The position numbers and the translations under genes were made by a program. A model generated the notes under the pieces. It saw only the letters and a list, made by a program, of their open reading frames with translations, had not been told where the DNA came from and did not search any database. From a virus (Duplodnaviria; Heunggongvirae; Uroviricota; Caudoviricetes), in the IMG/VR virus record IMGVR_UViG_3300005528_000049: DNA of 26,453 nt; one strand, 5' to 3'. Below, in pieces: positions 5,896 to 15,342 of this stretch; positions within the stretch are counted from its first letter, which is position 1, and every line of letters begins with the position of its first letter.

Positions 5896-6307
5896 CCCTG
5901 ACTGGTGGAATGGTAGACACAAAAGACTTGATTAATTTAAAAATTTGAGCACTATTACAGTGATGTAGTATGTGAATCTCCCCTAAACGGTGAAGGCTAA
6001 GTATAAGAAATGATCAATCTTTTATATGCTAATACCGTGCCAATTGCTTTTCAATTGAAAAGTTCTAGTGCGTAGAGACTATACAGGGAGTATCTTTTTC
6101 ATATTGACAAACTTCCCACTAAAAGACTAGGGATAGGACGCAGAAGTAGCTAATTTGCTTATATGAACAAGATAAAGATTGAGTCCAGACCATCAAACAT
6201 TAACTCTTTTTAGATAACGAAGGTCTAATCTAATGGTAGTGAAAACTATAGTGGTATGAAAATCTTTTATCCTTTAGGATGTGCAGGTTCAAATCCTGTG
6301 TCAGGGA
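5896..6307 (+). tRNA. trnL: tRNA-Leu(UAA), exons 5896-5929 and 6259-6307, with a group I intron in the anticodon
   Basis: Acceptor ccctgac/gtcaggg; D arm gtg-gaatggtaga-cac; anticodon stem aaaga/tcttt; spliced loop CT-T^AA-AA; long variable arm; T arm gcagg-TTCAAAT-cctgt; no encoded CCA. Confidence 0.92.
5930..6258 (+). ncRNA. Group I intron of trnL(UAA) type, 329 nt, no ORF
   Basis: Inserted after U34 and ends in G (ggtatG). Core elements: cctaaacggtgaaggc, gctaataccgtgccaa, gtagagactatac, aagattgagtcc. Confidence 0.9.
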
Positions 6308-6333
6308 TTATACTTTAATTAGTATAAACAAAA

Positions 6334-6407
6334 GGTCCTATAGCCCAATTGGAAGAGGCGGTAGACTTAGAATCTATTCAGTGAAAGTTCAAATCTTTCT
6401 AGGACTA
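6334..6407 (+). tRNA. tRNA-Leu(UAG) with a short 5-nt variable loop
   Basis: Acceptor ggtccta/taggact; gcc/ggc D stem; gtaga-CTTAGAA-tctat; gaaag-TTCAAAT-ctttc; A73. Confidence 0.85.
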
Positions 6408-6410
6408 TAT

Positions 6411-6466
6411 AAAGATGATTCAGCAATTAATACTTTTTTATGCTAAAAAAAAACAAAATCATCTTG
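6411..6466 (+). ncRNA. Orphan 11th unit of the CAGCAA array, inside the tRNA cluster
   Basis: aaagatgatt-CAGCAA...aatcatcttg, with ends identical to units 2, 4 and 8; the insert is tttttt-atgct-aaaaaa. Confidence 0.8.
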
Positions 6467-6480
6467 TTCTCTATAAATAA

Positions 6481-6554
6481 CCTACATTGGGCAAGCGGTC
6501 TATGCCACCAACCTTTCACGTTGGGTATCACCAGTTCAAATCTGGTATGTAGGA
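6481..6554 (+). tRNA. tRNA-Glu(UUC)
   Basis: Acceptor cctacat/atgtagg; ccaac-CTTTCAC-gttgg; accag-TTCAAAT-ctggt; no encoded CCA. Confidence 0.92.
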
Positions 6555-6611
6555 TTACTCTACTAAGAGTATTATTTTATGTAATTAATAAAGCAAATCA
6601 ATAACAATAAT

Positions 6612-6950
6612 ATGACTGCTAAAAATTGGAGCATTACTGATGAGGAATTGGAAACTCAAATAACTAATGCAAAAGAAGCTACAAAAAAGAGTCTTTTAAA
6701 TACTGCCAGAGTAAAATCTGTTTATTGTACTAAAACAGATGAGCAAAGCATTGTTGTTAATTTATCTTTAATTAATGGTGCCTTAGTTAGTTTTCCAGTT
6801 CATTTGGTAAAAGAACTTAAAGATGCTAATGAAATTAGTTTAAAAGATCAGTGGATTAGTCATTCTGGAGATTCTATTCATTGGGAATCTTTAGACTTTG
6901 ATATTCATACAGAAGATTTAATTAAACGTGTAACTAGTAATAATAATTAA
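6612..6950 (+). CDS. DUF2442-like protein
   Basis: L.NG...FP...V.EL..A...L....IS.SGDSIHWESLDFDI..EDLI pattern. Confidence 0.75.
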   Translation: MTAKNWSITDEELETQITNAKEATKKSLLNTARVKSVYCTKTDEQSIVVNLSLINGALVSFPVHLVKELKDANEISLKDQWISHSGDSIHWESLDFDIHTEDLIKRVTSNNN

Positions 6951-6951
6951 T

Positions 6952-7215
6952 ATGACAGATATTTTGGCTGGCCCAAGAGTAGTAAATATTGAATATGATA
7001 AATTTGCTTTTCTATTAACTTTAGTTCTTAGTAATACTACTAAGATTACATTCTCTCCTGAGATAGTTCCTGCTTTGAAACATGCTTCTCATTCTGATCT
7101 AGACAAGGTTGGACTAAGTAGCTTGGGTGATACTATTTATTGGAATTCTTTAAACTTTTCTATTCCTACAGAGGACTTAATTAAGTTTGTAACTAATTGC
7201 AAAAACACTATTTAA
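6952..7215 (+). CDS. DUF2442-like protein (tandem paralog)
   Basis: LSN.....F.P..VPAL.HAS..DL..V.LS.LGDTIYW.SLNFSI.TEDLI pattern. Confidence 0.75.
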   Translation: MTDILAGPRVVNIEYDKFAFLLTLVLSNTTKITFSPEIVPALKHASHSDLDKVGLSSLGDTIYWNSLNFSIPTEDLIKFVTNCKNTI

Positions 7216-7229
7216 ATAACAATAAAATC

Positions 7230-8286
7230 ATGAAAACAATTACTTCTACATATTATAATAAAATTCAACCTCTTCTACAAAGTCTTTAGACAATTAGAAG
7301 AAGATGTAATTAATATTAATTTAGAATTAAATTATGATTGGTCTAATCTAGACTTACTTCAAATTCTAAGTAACAAAACAAGTTTAATTGATACTATAAA
7401 AGCTAATTTTAAATTAATAGAAGATTTAGAAGTTGCAGAAGAACTAGAACTAGAACTAGAACAAGATGTGTTAAATATTACATCTAAATTAGATTTGTTT
7501 TTACATACTTGGCAGATTAATAATCTATTCACAGCTAAGTATGATATTAATAATTGTATGTTATATGTTATAGCAGGAGCTGGTGGAACTGAAGCTTGTG
7601 ATTGGGCCAAACAAATACTTCAAATGTATTATAATTGGTTAAAAGATAATAACTATAAGTATAGTTTAATTGATATTCAAGAAGGAGATGTAACAGGTAT
7701 TAAATCAGCCTGTGTACTTATTGAAGGAGATTATTCTTATGGTTATTTAAAGAATGAAAGAGGAAATCACAGACTGCAAAGAGTCTCACCTTATGGTGGA
7801 AAGGATAAAAGACATACCTCTTTTTGTGGTGTTGAAGTTGAACCTATAATTGTTAATTCTCAATTAACAATTAACCCTAAAGATCTAATAATAGATACTT
7901 TTAGAAGTGGTGGAAAAGGAGGACAAAATGTTAATAAGGTTGAAACTGCTATTAGAATAACTCACATACCAACTGGTATTGCAGTTAAATGTCAAGAGAC
8001 TAGATCTCAGCATGAGAATAAGCAAAGAGCCTTAAAACTATTAACTTCTAGACTACAACTAATAAAAGATAATGATGAATTTACAGAGCTGCAAAGTACT
8101 AAAGAAGGTGTATTAGACACTGGATTTGGAAGTAGAATAAGAACATATTCTATTCATCCATATACCCTTGTAAAGGATGATAGAACAGAATGTCAAACGT
8201 CAGATGTATATGGATTTCTGGAAGGTAAATATCTAACAGAATTCATATTAGAAAACTTAAAAATCAAAACTCAAAACTCAAAATAA
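7230..8286 (+). CDS. prfB: Peptide chain release factor 2-like protein, ~351 aa through a +1 frameshift at CTT-TAG (7284-7289)
   Basis: GGQ motif (RSGGKGGQNVNK) and RF2-type tripeptide SPY (HRLQRVSPY...RHTSF). ATG 7230 reads 19 codons to CTT TAG; the +1 frame is open from 7234 to 8286 and has no ATG before the conserved domains. Confidence 0.85.
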
Positions 8287-8291
8287 ATAAA

Positions 8292-8980
<689 letters not shown>

Positions 8981-9033
8981 AGTTAAATTAGAATTAGGAA
9001 TATTAAATACCTAATTGTCTAAATGTCCAGATC

Positions 9034-9341
9034 TGTTCATATAGTGAAACTTATTATTTTGAAGCAGTTGGCCCTGCTGTCTCAGGGCTATTATAAATTG
9101 TAGGATTATACAACCAACTTGATTGGAGCTTGCCGACATAGGTGAGGATCAATTACCCAACTCAAAGTTTAAAGGTTAAAGTTTATAAGCTCATAAGTTC
9201 AAAATTCAAACAAGTATTACTCAGGCAGTATATACACTCAAAGTTTATAAGTTTAAATCTTAAAGCTATTTGAAATCCAGAATCAAGGTTAGTGGTGTCT
9301 TTAAAGCAACCCTAAGTTATCCTCTGGCTGCTATATGAACA
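9034..9341 (+). ncRNA. Candidate ~310-nt structured ncRNA with internal AAAGYYY repeats
   Basis: 11-bp closing helix tgttcatatag (9034-9044) / ctatatgaaca (9331-9341); internal helices agttgg/ccaact, gccctg/cagggc and ttgta/tacaa; GC-richer than the flanks; no ORF; followed by a terminator. Confidence 0.7.
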
Positions 9342-9353
9342 TTTTATTTATAA

Positions 9354-9394
9354 TTAAAAGCTGTTGTTAAATAAATAACAACAGCTTTTAATTT
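9354..9394 (+). terminator. Intrinsic terminator
   Basis: ttaaaagctgttgtt / aacaacagcttttaa inverted repeat, followed by (TA)9 at 9394-9411. Confidence 0.8.
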
Positions 9395-9424
9395 ATATAT
9401 ATATATATATACTATAAATATATT

Positions 9425-9922
9425 ATGTGGGTTAATGAAGAAATACTTCCAAGAAGAGTAGTTAGAATTATTGATCATCTGTGGCAAGGTTATTTTAATA
9501 TACATGTCTTAGAAACTGCAAGTACTGTTTGTCTTTGTAATTATAACTTTGCAATAGAGTTTATATCTTATGGGCCAGGTGGATTTAAGTTTGGTGTTGG
9601 TGGTAGAAATAGTTATAATAACAGTGTTAATAAGATAGTATGTTTTACTGTTGATAATTTAAAACCCTTTGAATTATTTGCAATATATGTAAATTCTGGA
9701 TATAAAAGATATGCTCTATCTATGGATTCTGTCATTTCTAAAGAAGATGTAGATGATATGTTAAATCTGTTTTATAAAGAAATAGATATATTAGTTAGTA
9801 ATAAAAATAAAATAAACTTAAAACAGCTAGAATACAATTTAGATTTTAAAGACCGAGATGTATTGCAGTTCCTTAGACACTTTAGAGAGAAAAATAAAAC
9901 AGTAAAAAGTTATGAATGGTAG
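9425..9922 (+). CDS. Hypothetical protein
   Basis: 165-aa ORF with coding-like composition. Confidence 0.7.
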   Translation: MWVNEEILPRRVVRIIDHLWQGYFNIHVLETASTVCLCNYNFAIEFISYGPGGFKFGVGGRNSYNNSVNKIVCFTVDNLKPFELFAIYVNSGYKRYALSMDSVISKEDVDDMLNLFYKEIDILVSNKNKINLKQLEYNLDFKDRDVLQFLRHFREKNKTVKSYEW

Positions 9923-10445
9923 ATATATTTTAGTTAAGGGTGCAGTTAATCCTGAGCATCCAGATGAAATTATTCCTTGTTGGGATGAAAGAATTGATTA
10001 TGTTAAGCGTGCTTATGGTAAAGACTATGTCATTAATAATCAACCAGTATACTTAGTTGATTTAGTACTTGATGTGCAAACTAAAAAATTAACTAAAGGA
10101 ATAGAGATAAATTTATATCCTGAAGAGGAAGAGTTTAAGGCTGGTGATTCTGTTCTTGTTAAGACTAAAAGAAGCTTGTTTGATTCAAACTCTTTATATA
10201 TGTCAACTATCAAAGAAGTTGTTTATACTGACTTTGAACAAAGCATTGTTAAGGGTAAAAAGATTGAAGAATATGTTATCTCTTCAATCAAAAAAGCTTA
10301 TCCTGATATAGTTATTGATGTTGCAACAGTATATTGTATTAGACACTGGCAGACTTATTATTTATTAGAGGATGATACTCTAATTAAATACAGTTCAGAG
10401 TTATTCCGTTTGATTGATAAACAAGATGTTTTATCTAGAAATTAA
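9912..10445 (+). CDS. Hypothetical protein
   Basis: 177-aa ORF overlapping the upstream stop. Confidence 0.75.
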   Translation: MNGRYILVKGAVNPEHPDEIIPCWDERIDYVKRAYGKDYVINNQPVYLVDLVLDVQTKKLTKGIEINLYPEEEEFKAGDSVLVKTKRSLFDSNSLYMSTIKEVVYTDFEQSIVKGKKIEEYVISSIKKAYPDIVIDVATVYCIRHWQTYYLLEDDTLIKYSSELFRLIDKQDVLSRN

Positions 10446-10486
10446 TTGTGTAATTAAAAAAAAATAATAAAATTAATGAGATTAAT

Positions 10487-11047
10487 ATGAGATTTGAAAT
10501 TGTAAATAGTAAAGGTAAAGTAGTTACTCCTATTAATAGAGTAATAGAATTACTGGATGATGAAACATTTAAAGTAAGAGTATATAACAATATATATACA
10601 AGAGTTCAGCTAGACTTATATATGAATGGAAAGGTTGGTAATAAAAAGGCTTGGGTAAGCAGCCTAATCTTAAGCCCTTTTAGTGGTGGAGAGATTGAAA
10701 GAGGCTTAAAATCTCATTCCCAGTTTACTTTTAAAGCTAAGAGAGAGACTGACTTGAGTCAAATTATTTCAACTGAAGAAGATGATTGGGGTCTTGTCTG
10801 TGTCAGATTTAGAGATGAATATTTTCAACAAAAAGAGGATTTTTCATTCTCAAAAGAGTCTTTAAAATCTCTTTCTGTGACTAATCGTTCCACTGGTGGT
10901 GTTGTTGGTTCTGGTTATAGTGACCAAGAATTTGGAACAACTCATCCAATTACAAAATATGGTAGTTATGATGAAATATTTGCTTACAGATTGCATGAGA
11001 AGAAGTATACTTCTTTAGAAAGTGTTCCTAATTATAATTATCCATAA
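10487..11047 (+). CDS. Hypothetical protein, predicted beta-rich
   Basis: 186-aa ORF; the F.VRVYN...MNGK.G...IERG...FTF...GLV.V.F..E pattern looks conserved. Confidence 0.75.
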   Translation: MRFEIVNSKGKVVTPINRVIELLDDETFKVRVYNNIYTRVQLDLYMNGKVGNKKAWVSSLILSPFSGGEIERGLKSHSQFTFKAKRETDLSQIISTEEDDWGLVCVRFRDEYFQQKEDFSFSKESLKSLSVTNRSTGGVVGSGYSDQEFGTTHPITKYGSYDEIFAYRLHEKKYTSLESVPNYNYP

Positions 11048-11050
11048 CAT

Positions 11051-13222
11051 ATGTTTAATACTAGACTGGAGTTAGAACAGAGTATTGTTCTTCTAACTAA
11101 AGTTGGCTCTACTTTATATGGTACAAGTGTAGAAGGTTCTGATGTTGATAGAAGAGGCATTTGTATTGCCCCTAAACAATATTATATTGGTATCACCCCA
11201 GAACCTTTCTACTTACAGGAAAAGAATCAATTATTTACTGATTCTGAGCCTTGTATGTATCCTTATTTAACAGGCCAAGATAGTAAGATCTTAGAACTTA
11301 CAAAGATGATAGAACTGCTATTACAGAATAATCCAAACTGTTTAGACTTACTTTATAGCCCTGAATATGATGTATTAGATCCAGTTATTTATCCTCTAAT
11401 TAATTTTAGAAATGCCTTTCTATGTAAGACAGCAAGATGGTCTTACGGTCAGTATGCTAAAGACCAAATTAATAAGTGTAACACTCATAGAGGGTGGTTA
11501 TTAGAATATAATAAGAACCCTAACTTTTTTAATGAACAACCTAAACCAGAAGATTTTGGCCTAGATGAGAATCTATTAAGAAAAGACTATAATATGTTTT
11601 TAGAATTATTATATGTCTTATTATTAGATGCTAAAACATTTCATCTAGATAGAGAGCCAACCTTAGAAGAGCTGTTTAGTAAGGTGGACTATAAAGGTCT
11701 GCTTATAAGAAACTATGTTCCAGATGAGGTTGAACAGTATGTTGGCTATTTAGTCAAGGCTGATTCTAATTATATGGACTATCTTAAGAGAACTAAATTG
11801 TATCTTAAGGAGTTAAATAAATATAAGAACTATCAATCCTGGAAGGCTAATAGAAACTCTAAGAGAGCTGAACTAGAAGCTAAGGTAGGTTATGATGGTA
11901 AACACCTTAAACTATAGTATAATAATATTATTGTTTATTATATAGTTTATGCGTTTACACAAAAAGGGTTATTTAACTAAAATTGAAAATATCAAGAATG
12001 AATTTATGTTAGTTTCAGAAAAACATGAAGATCAATATCTAAGTAATACATTCTTAAAAAAATAATGGCTATAATTATTTACTTTGTGCTATACAAAGAA
12101 CTGGATTATCATTTAGTGAATTTTTAACTTATATAAATTATGAGATTAAGTTTACACCTAAGAATTATTATAAAGATATTAATAATGTAAATACTGAAAT
12201 ATATAAGTTAGTTGATAAGTATGGGTATTTTCCCTTAGATCCATCAATAATAAGTATAGAACATAAATCTCAGTTAGTATCATGTTTACCTAAATTTCAT
12301 AACATAACTCTAGTACAACATTTAAAAGCATTAAATTTATATGTTAAGAATACTAAGTCTTGTCTTGAAATATATGTAAAATCATTACTTGATAAATTCA
12401 TATTAGATAAAAACTTTATTGATAATGGAAGAAAACAATTACTTGAAAAAGGTCTTTTACTAAAGAATCCTGAAACTAATATGTTTTTAGAATTAGATAG
12501 ATATTATTTTGATGCTAAAGTAGCTATAGAAATTCAAGGTCAACAACATTATAAAGAAACTAAATTTTGGGATAAATCTAGACTAAATGATGTTAGAAAA
12601 ATTGATCAGATTAAAAGAGAATTGCTAAAAGAACAAAATATTCATTTAATTGAAATACATTATCAAAGAATTGGTAAACAAACTATATATGATCAGTTAG
12701 AATACTCTGGGGTGTTAAAACTCTGTGAAAAGGAGAAACTCTTTGAATAAAGACAATTCCTTACCAAGCTATATTTGAAAGAATGTAGAAAGGTCTAACG
12801 ACTAGATATGAGGCTAAGGAGCAATCTATGCCAATAAAATTATCCAAGAGCGCAGGGGAACGGTTTATCTAATATAAACACGAAGAAATAGTCTGAACTA
12901 TATGGTGACATATAGAATTATAGGATAAAGAGCCTATAAGATAACAAAATTGGGACACGCTGTAAGGCTATATACTATGGCTTGTGAGATAGTTGAAAGT
13001 CAACAAGTCTTAGTTGACAGAAAGGCTGTTGGTGATGTTGACTATTTGAAAGCTATTAGACAAGGTAATGTTACATATGATGAAATATTAATTTATGTAA
13101 CACAACTAGAAGCTAGATTAGAAAAAGCTTTTATTGATACAAAATTACCAGAAAAACCAAACACTAGTCTTATTAGTGAATTACAAATACAAATAATAGA
13201 AAATTACTCTTTTAAAAACTAA
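11051..13222 (+). CDS. Pol-beta-superfamily nucleotidyltransferase (RlaP/PF10127-like), exons 11051-11908 and 12953-13222, 375 aa spliced
   Basis: GSTLYG.....SDVD motif. Splicing restores GYDGKHL|GHAVRL, which matches the family GYD.KH..H..RL spacing; exon 2 has L.AIRQG...YDEI. Confidence 0.85.
11909..12952 (+). mobile_element. Group I intron (IA-like) with an endonuclease ORF in the P1 loop
   Basis: 5' splice site after U, 3' site after G (ataacaaaattG). IGS ggggtgtt (12709-12716) pairs with exon aacacctt. R: ggtctaacgactag; S: gaagaaatagtctg. Confidence 0.9.
11949..12750 (+). pseudogene. Vsr/DUF559-like PD-(D/E)XK intron endonuclease broken by a +1 shift in an A7 run
   Basis: ATG 11949 stops at TAA 12063 after A-run 12056-12062. 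The +1 frame is open from 12058 to 12750 and includes LELDRY...AIEIQGQQHY...DQIKR. Removing one A gives 266 aa. Confidence 0.75.
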
Positions 13223-13876
13223 ATGAAGATCAAAGATTTACTAGCTAATATAGATAACTACTCTGATGATGACAAATATAAGTTAATGTATTCTTTATTT
13301 TCCATCAGATCTGTAAATGAAATACCTCCAGATGTGTTCCAAATTGTAAGTGCATTTATGTTAGTTATTGCATTAGCTGATGAACAAGAGGGTCTTAGTA
13401 TAAAAGCAATAGAAGCAACTGAAATACTTTCTTTAATGACCTGCCAACTATTAGCCTTATCAGGTCATTTAAAAAATATTCCTGCTCTGCCTGAGGAAGA
13501 TATAAATAAAGTAACAATTCCTACTTCTTTACCAGAGAACTGGGAAGACAATGTTTTAAAAGGTTATAAAGCTCATGCTAAAGAACTAGAGAAAAGAGAA
13601 TTATTTCTTGAAGCGTTAGCAAAGCTGTCTAAGAATAAAGCTATTCTAACGGCAGCTAGTAACTTTGTTTATTATCAAACAAAACACAATCTAGGAGAGT
13701 CTGAAGAGGTAGAAAGGAATTTAGGATTAATTAATTTAATTAAACTTTCTATAAAAGAGCAGATTGTTATTTATCTTAAAGATCTTCTAGATAAATATTT
13801 TAATATTAATTTAATTAAGTTTCTATCAGAAAATACTGAAGCATTTATCAGTATTTATGCAAATGACAGAGATTAG
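13223..13876 (+). CDS. Hypothetical protein
   Basis: 217-aa helical ORF directly after the upstream stop. Confidence 0.75.
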   Translation: MKIKDLLANIDNYSDDDKYKLMYSLFSIRSVNEIPPDVFQIVSAFMLVIALADEQEGLSIKAIEATEILSLMTCQLLALSGHLKNIPALPEEDINKVTIPTSLPENWEDNVLKGYKAHAKELEKRELFLEALAKLSKNKAILTAASNFVYYQTKHNLGESEEVERNLGLINLIKLSIKEQIVIYLKDLLDKYFNINLIKFLSENTEAFISIYANDRD

Positions 13877-14093
13877 AGATATAGGTGAAGAGTTAAGATG
13901 TTTGATATTAAAACATCTTAACTCTGTGTTTTGTGCTGATTGTGATTGTGTAACTGACTTGCACAATGGTATTTTAGCTATCATAGAAACTAACTTAGAA
14001 GATAGAGTTATTGTTGATAAAAAGACAATAACTTTAAATCTTGAGTTCTCCTTCAATAAGAATGATCAGATTGTATTAACAGTTATTAAATAG
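13857..14093 (+). CDS. Hypothetical protein
   Basis: 78-aa ORF overlapping the upstream gene end. Confidence 0.65.
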   Translation: MQMTEIRDIGEELRCLILKHLNSVFCADCDCVTDLHNGILAIIETNLEDRVIVDKKTITLNLEFSFNKNDQIVLTVIK

Positions 14094-14106
14094 TAGGTAA
14101 AAATGT

Positions 14107-14271
14107 ATGATTTGTACAGTAACAAAGCCTGTATCAAGGAGTAAAAAGCAATATAAAGTAGTTCTAACTAAAAGAAGAATTACAGCTTTTAAATGTAGGA
14201 AATGTGGTGAAACAGATGAAGATATTGCTGAGAATTATTGTGGTAATGGTGGCTGTCCACATAGGAAATAA
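14107..14271 (+). CDS. Small zinc-ribbon-like protein, 54 aa (absent from the ORF track)
   Basis: MICTVTKP...FKCRKCGE...YCGNGGCPHRK*; CxxC and CxxxxC; fills the gap between neighbouring genes. Confidence 0.65.
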   Translation: MICTVTKPVSRSKKQYKVVLTKRRITAFKCRKCGETDEDIAENYCGNGGCPHRK

Positions 14272-14276
14272 TAACT

Positions 14277-14708
14277 ATGGCAGCTTGTTATCATAAAAAT
14301 GACTTTGACACTGATGTAAAAAGATTTCTTACTTTTATTACATCAATTTCTTCTTTCTTTGAAAATAAAGATTTTGTAGAGTATTTTTATAATAAAAATA
14401 TTTATATTAAATATACTACTTGGACAGGATCTTTAGAAAGAAGAATAACCTTTTATACTGTCTATAAAGAAAAATCAGTTCATCTATTTAGAATTGATTA
14501 TAATGTTTCTAATGAAGTCTGTACAATATTTAGTTCCTTTGATAATTCAAAGGATCTAATTGCGGCTTTAAATTTCTTTAATGATGAGATTAATTCTTTT
14601 TTAGTATCAATAGATAAAAGAATATTAGAGCAAAGACAACAAGAACAAGACTTTGAATCAGAAGCTATAGAAGCCTTTAAAATTATTAATATTTTGGATA
14701 AAAGTTAG
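14277..14708 (+). CDS. Hypothetical protein
   Basis: 143-aa ORF. Confidence 0.7.
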   Translation: MAACYHKNDFDTDVKRFLTFITSISSFFENKDFVEYFYNKNIYIKYTTWTGSLERRITFYTVYKEKSVHLFRIDYNVSNEVCTIFSSFDNSKDLIAALNFFNDEINSFLVSIDKRILEQRQQEQDFESEAIEAFKIINILDKS

Positions 14709-14710
14709 TT

Positions 14711-15178
14711 ATGTATAACAGTAATAATGATGGTGTAGATCATATAAATATCTATTCTCAAGGTAAAACAGTACTAGGTTGTTTTTTATCCAATTGGTAT
14801 AGATATCCTATTGTTCTTGGGGGATTAGGCAGATTTGAATCAGTTGAAGGCTTGTGGTATTACATTAGCACAAGAGATGAAAGATTGAGAAATATGTCTG
14901 GTTTTGCTGCTAAGAAGTTAGGCAAATCTTTACCAAAAGTTGTAGATATTTCAGATGATCTGTTTAAAGAATGTATTAAAGTTGCAATCAAAACTAAGAT
15001 TTGTGGCAGCCCATTTCACATTCAATTTGTTGAATCTGTTTTACCATTTGATCATTATTATGTTTTTAGTGGCAAACAAGTAGATGCTGGTCATAAATGG
15101 ATTGTAGAATATATAACTCATTTAAGACAGCAGCTTAAGGATGATCTAAACAGGGGAAATATTAAAATTGTTACCTGA
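14711..15178 (+). CDS. NADAR-superfamily-like phage protein
   Basis: DGVDHINIYS.GKT.LG.FLSNW...F.SVEGLWY...AKKLG pattern. Confidence 0.6.
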   Translation: MYNSNNDGVDHINIYSQGKTVLGCFLSNWYRYPIVLGGLGRFESVEGLWYYISTRDERLRNMSGFAAKKLGKSLPKVVDISDDLFKECIKVAIKTKICGSPFHIQFVESVLPFDHYYVFSGKQVDAGHKWIVEYITHLRQQLKDDLNRGNIKIVT

Positions 15179-15290
15179 TGATATTGAATGGGTAAATGAT
15201 GAGATATTAGTCATTAATAATAAATATAAAGCTAAAGTTAAAGCTTTAGGATTTAATGAAATAGAGTTACCTAGCTTAAAAGAAAGATAG
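15168..15290 (+). CDS. Possible 40-aa small protein
   Basis: TTG start after AGGGG, overlapping the upstream stop; LPDDIEWVNDEILVINNKYK...ER*. Confidence 0.35.
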   Translation: MLPDDIEWVNDEILVINNKYKAKVKALGFNEIELPSLKER

Positions 15291-15342
15291 TGTAATCTTA
15301 AGTTTGTTTATTAATAGTTAATTTTGTTCTTAATATAAAACA

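Noticed and set aside
7230-7289. Amber (TAG) reassignment as the explanation for the release-factor stop
   Set aside because: Readthrough in frame 0 does not reach the RF domains, which are in the +1 frame. Several genes end normally in TAG (14093, 14708, 17508, 23896, 25865).
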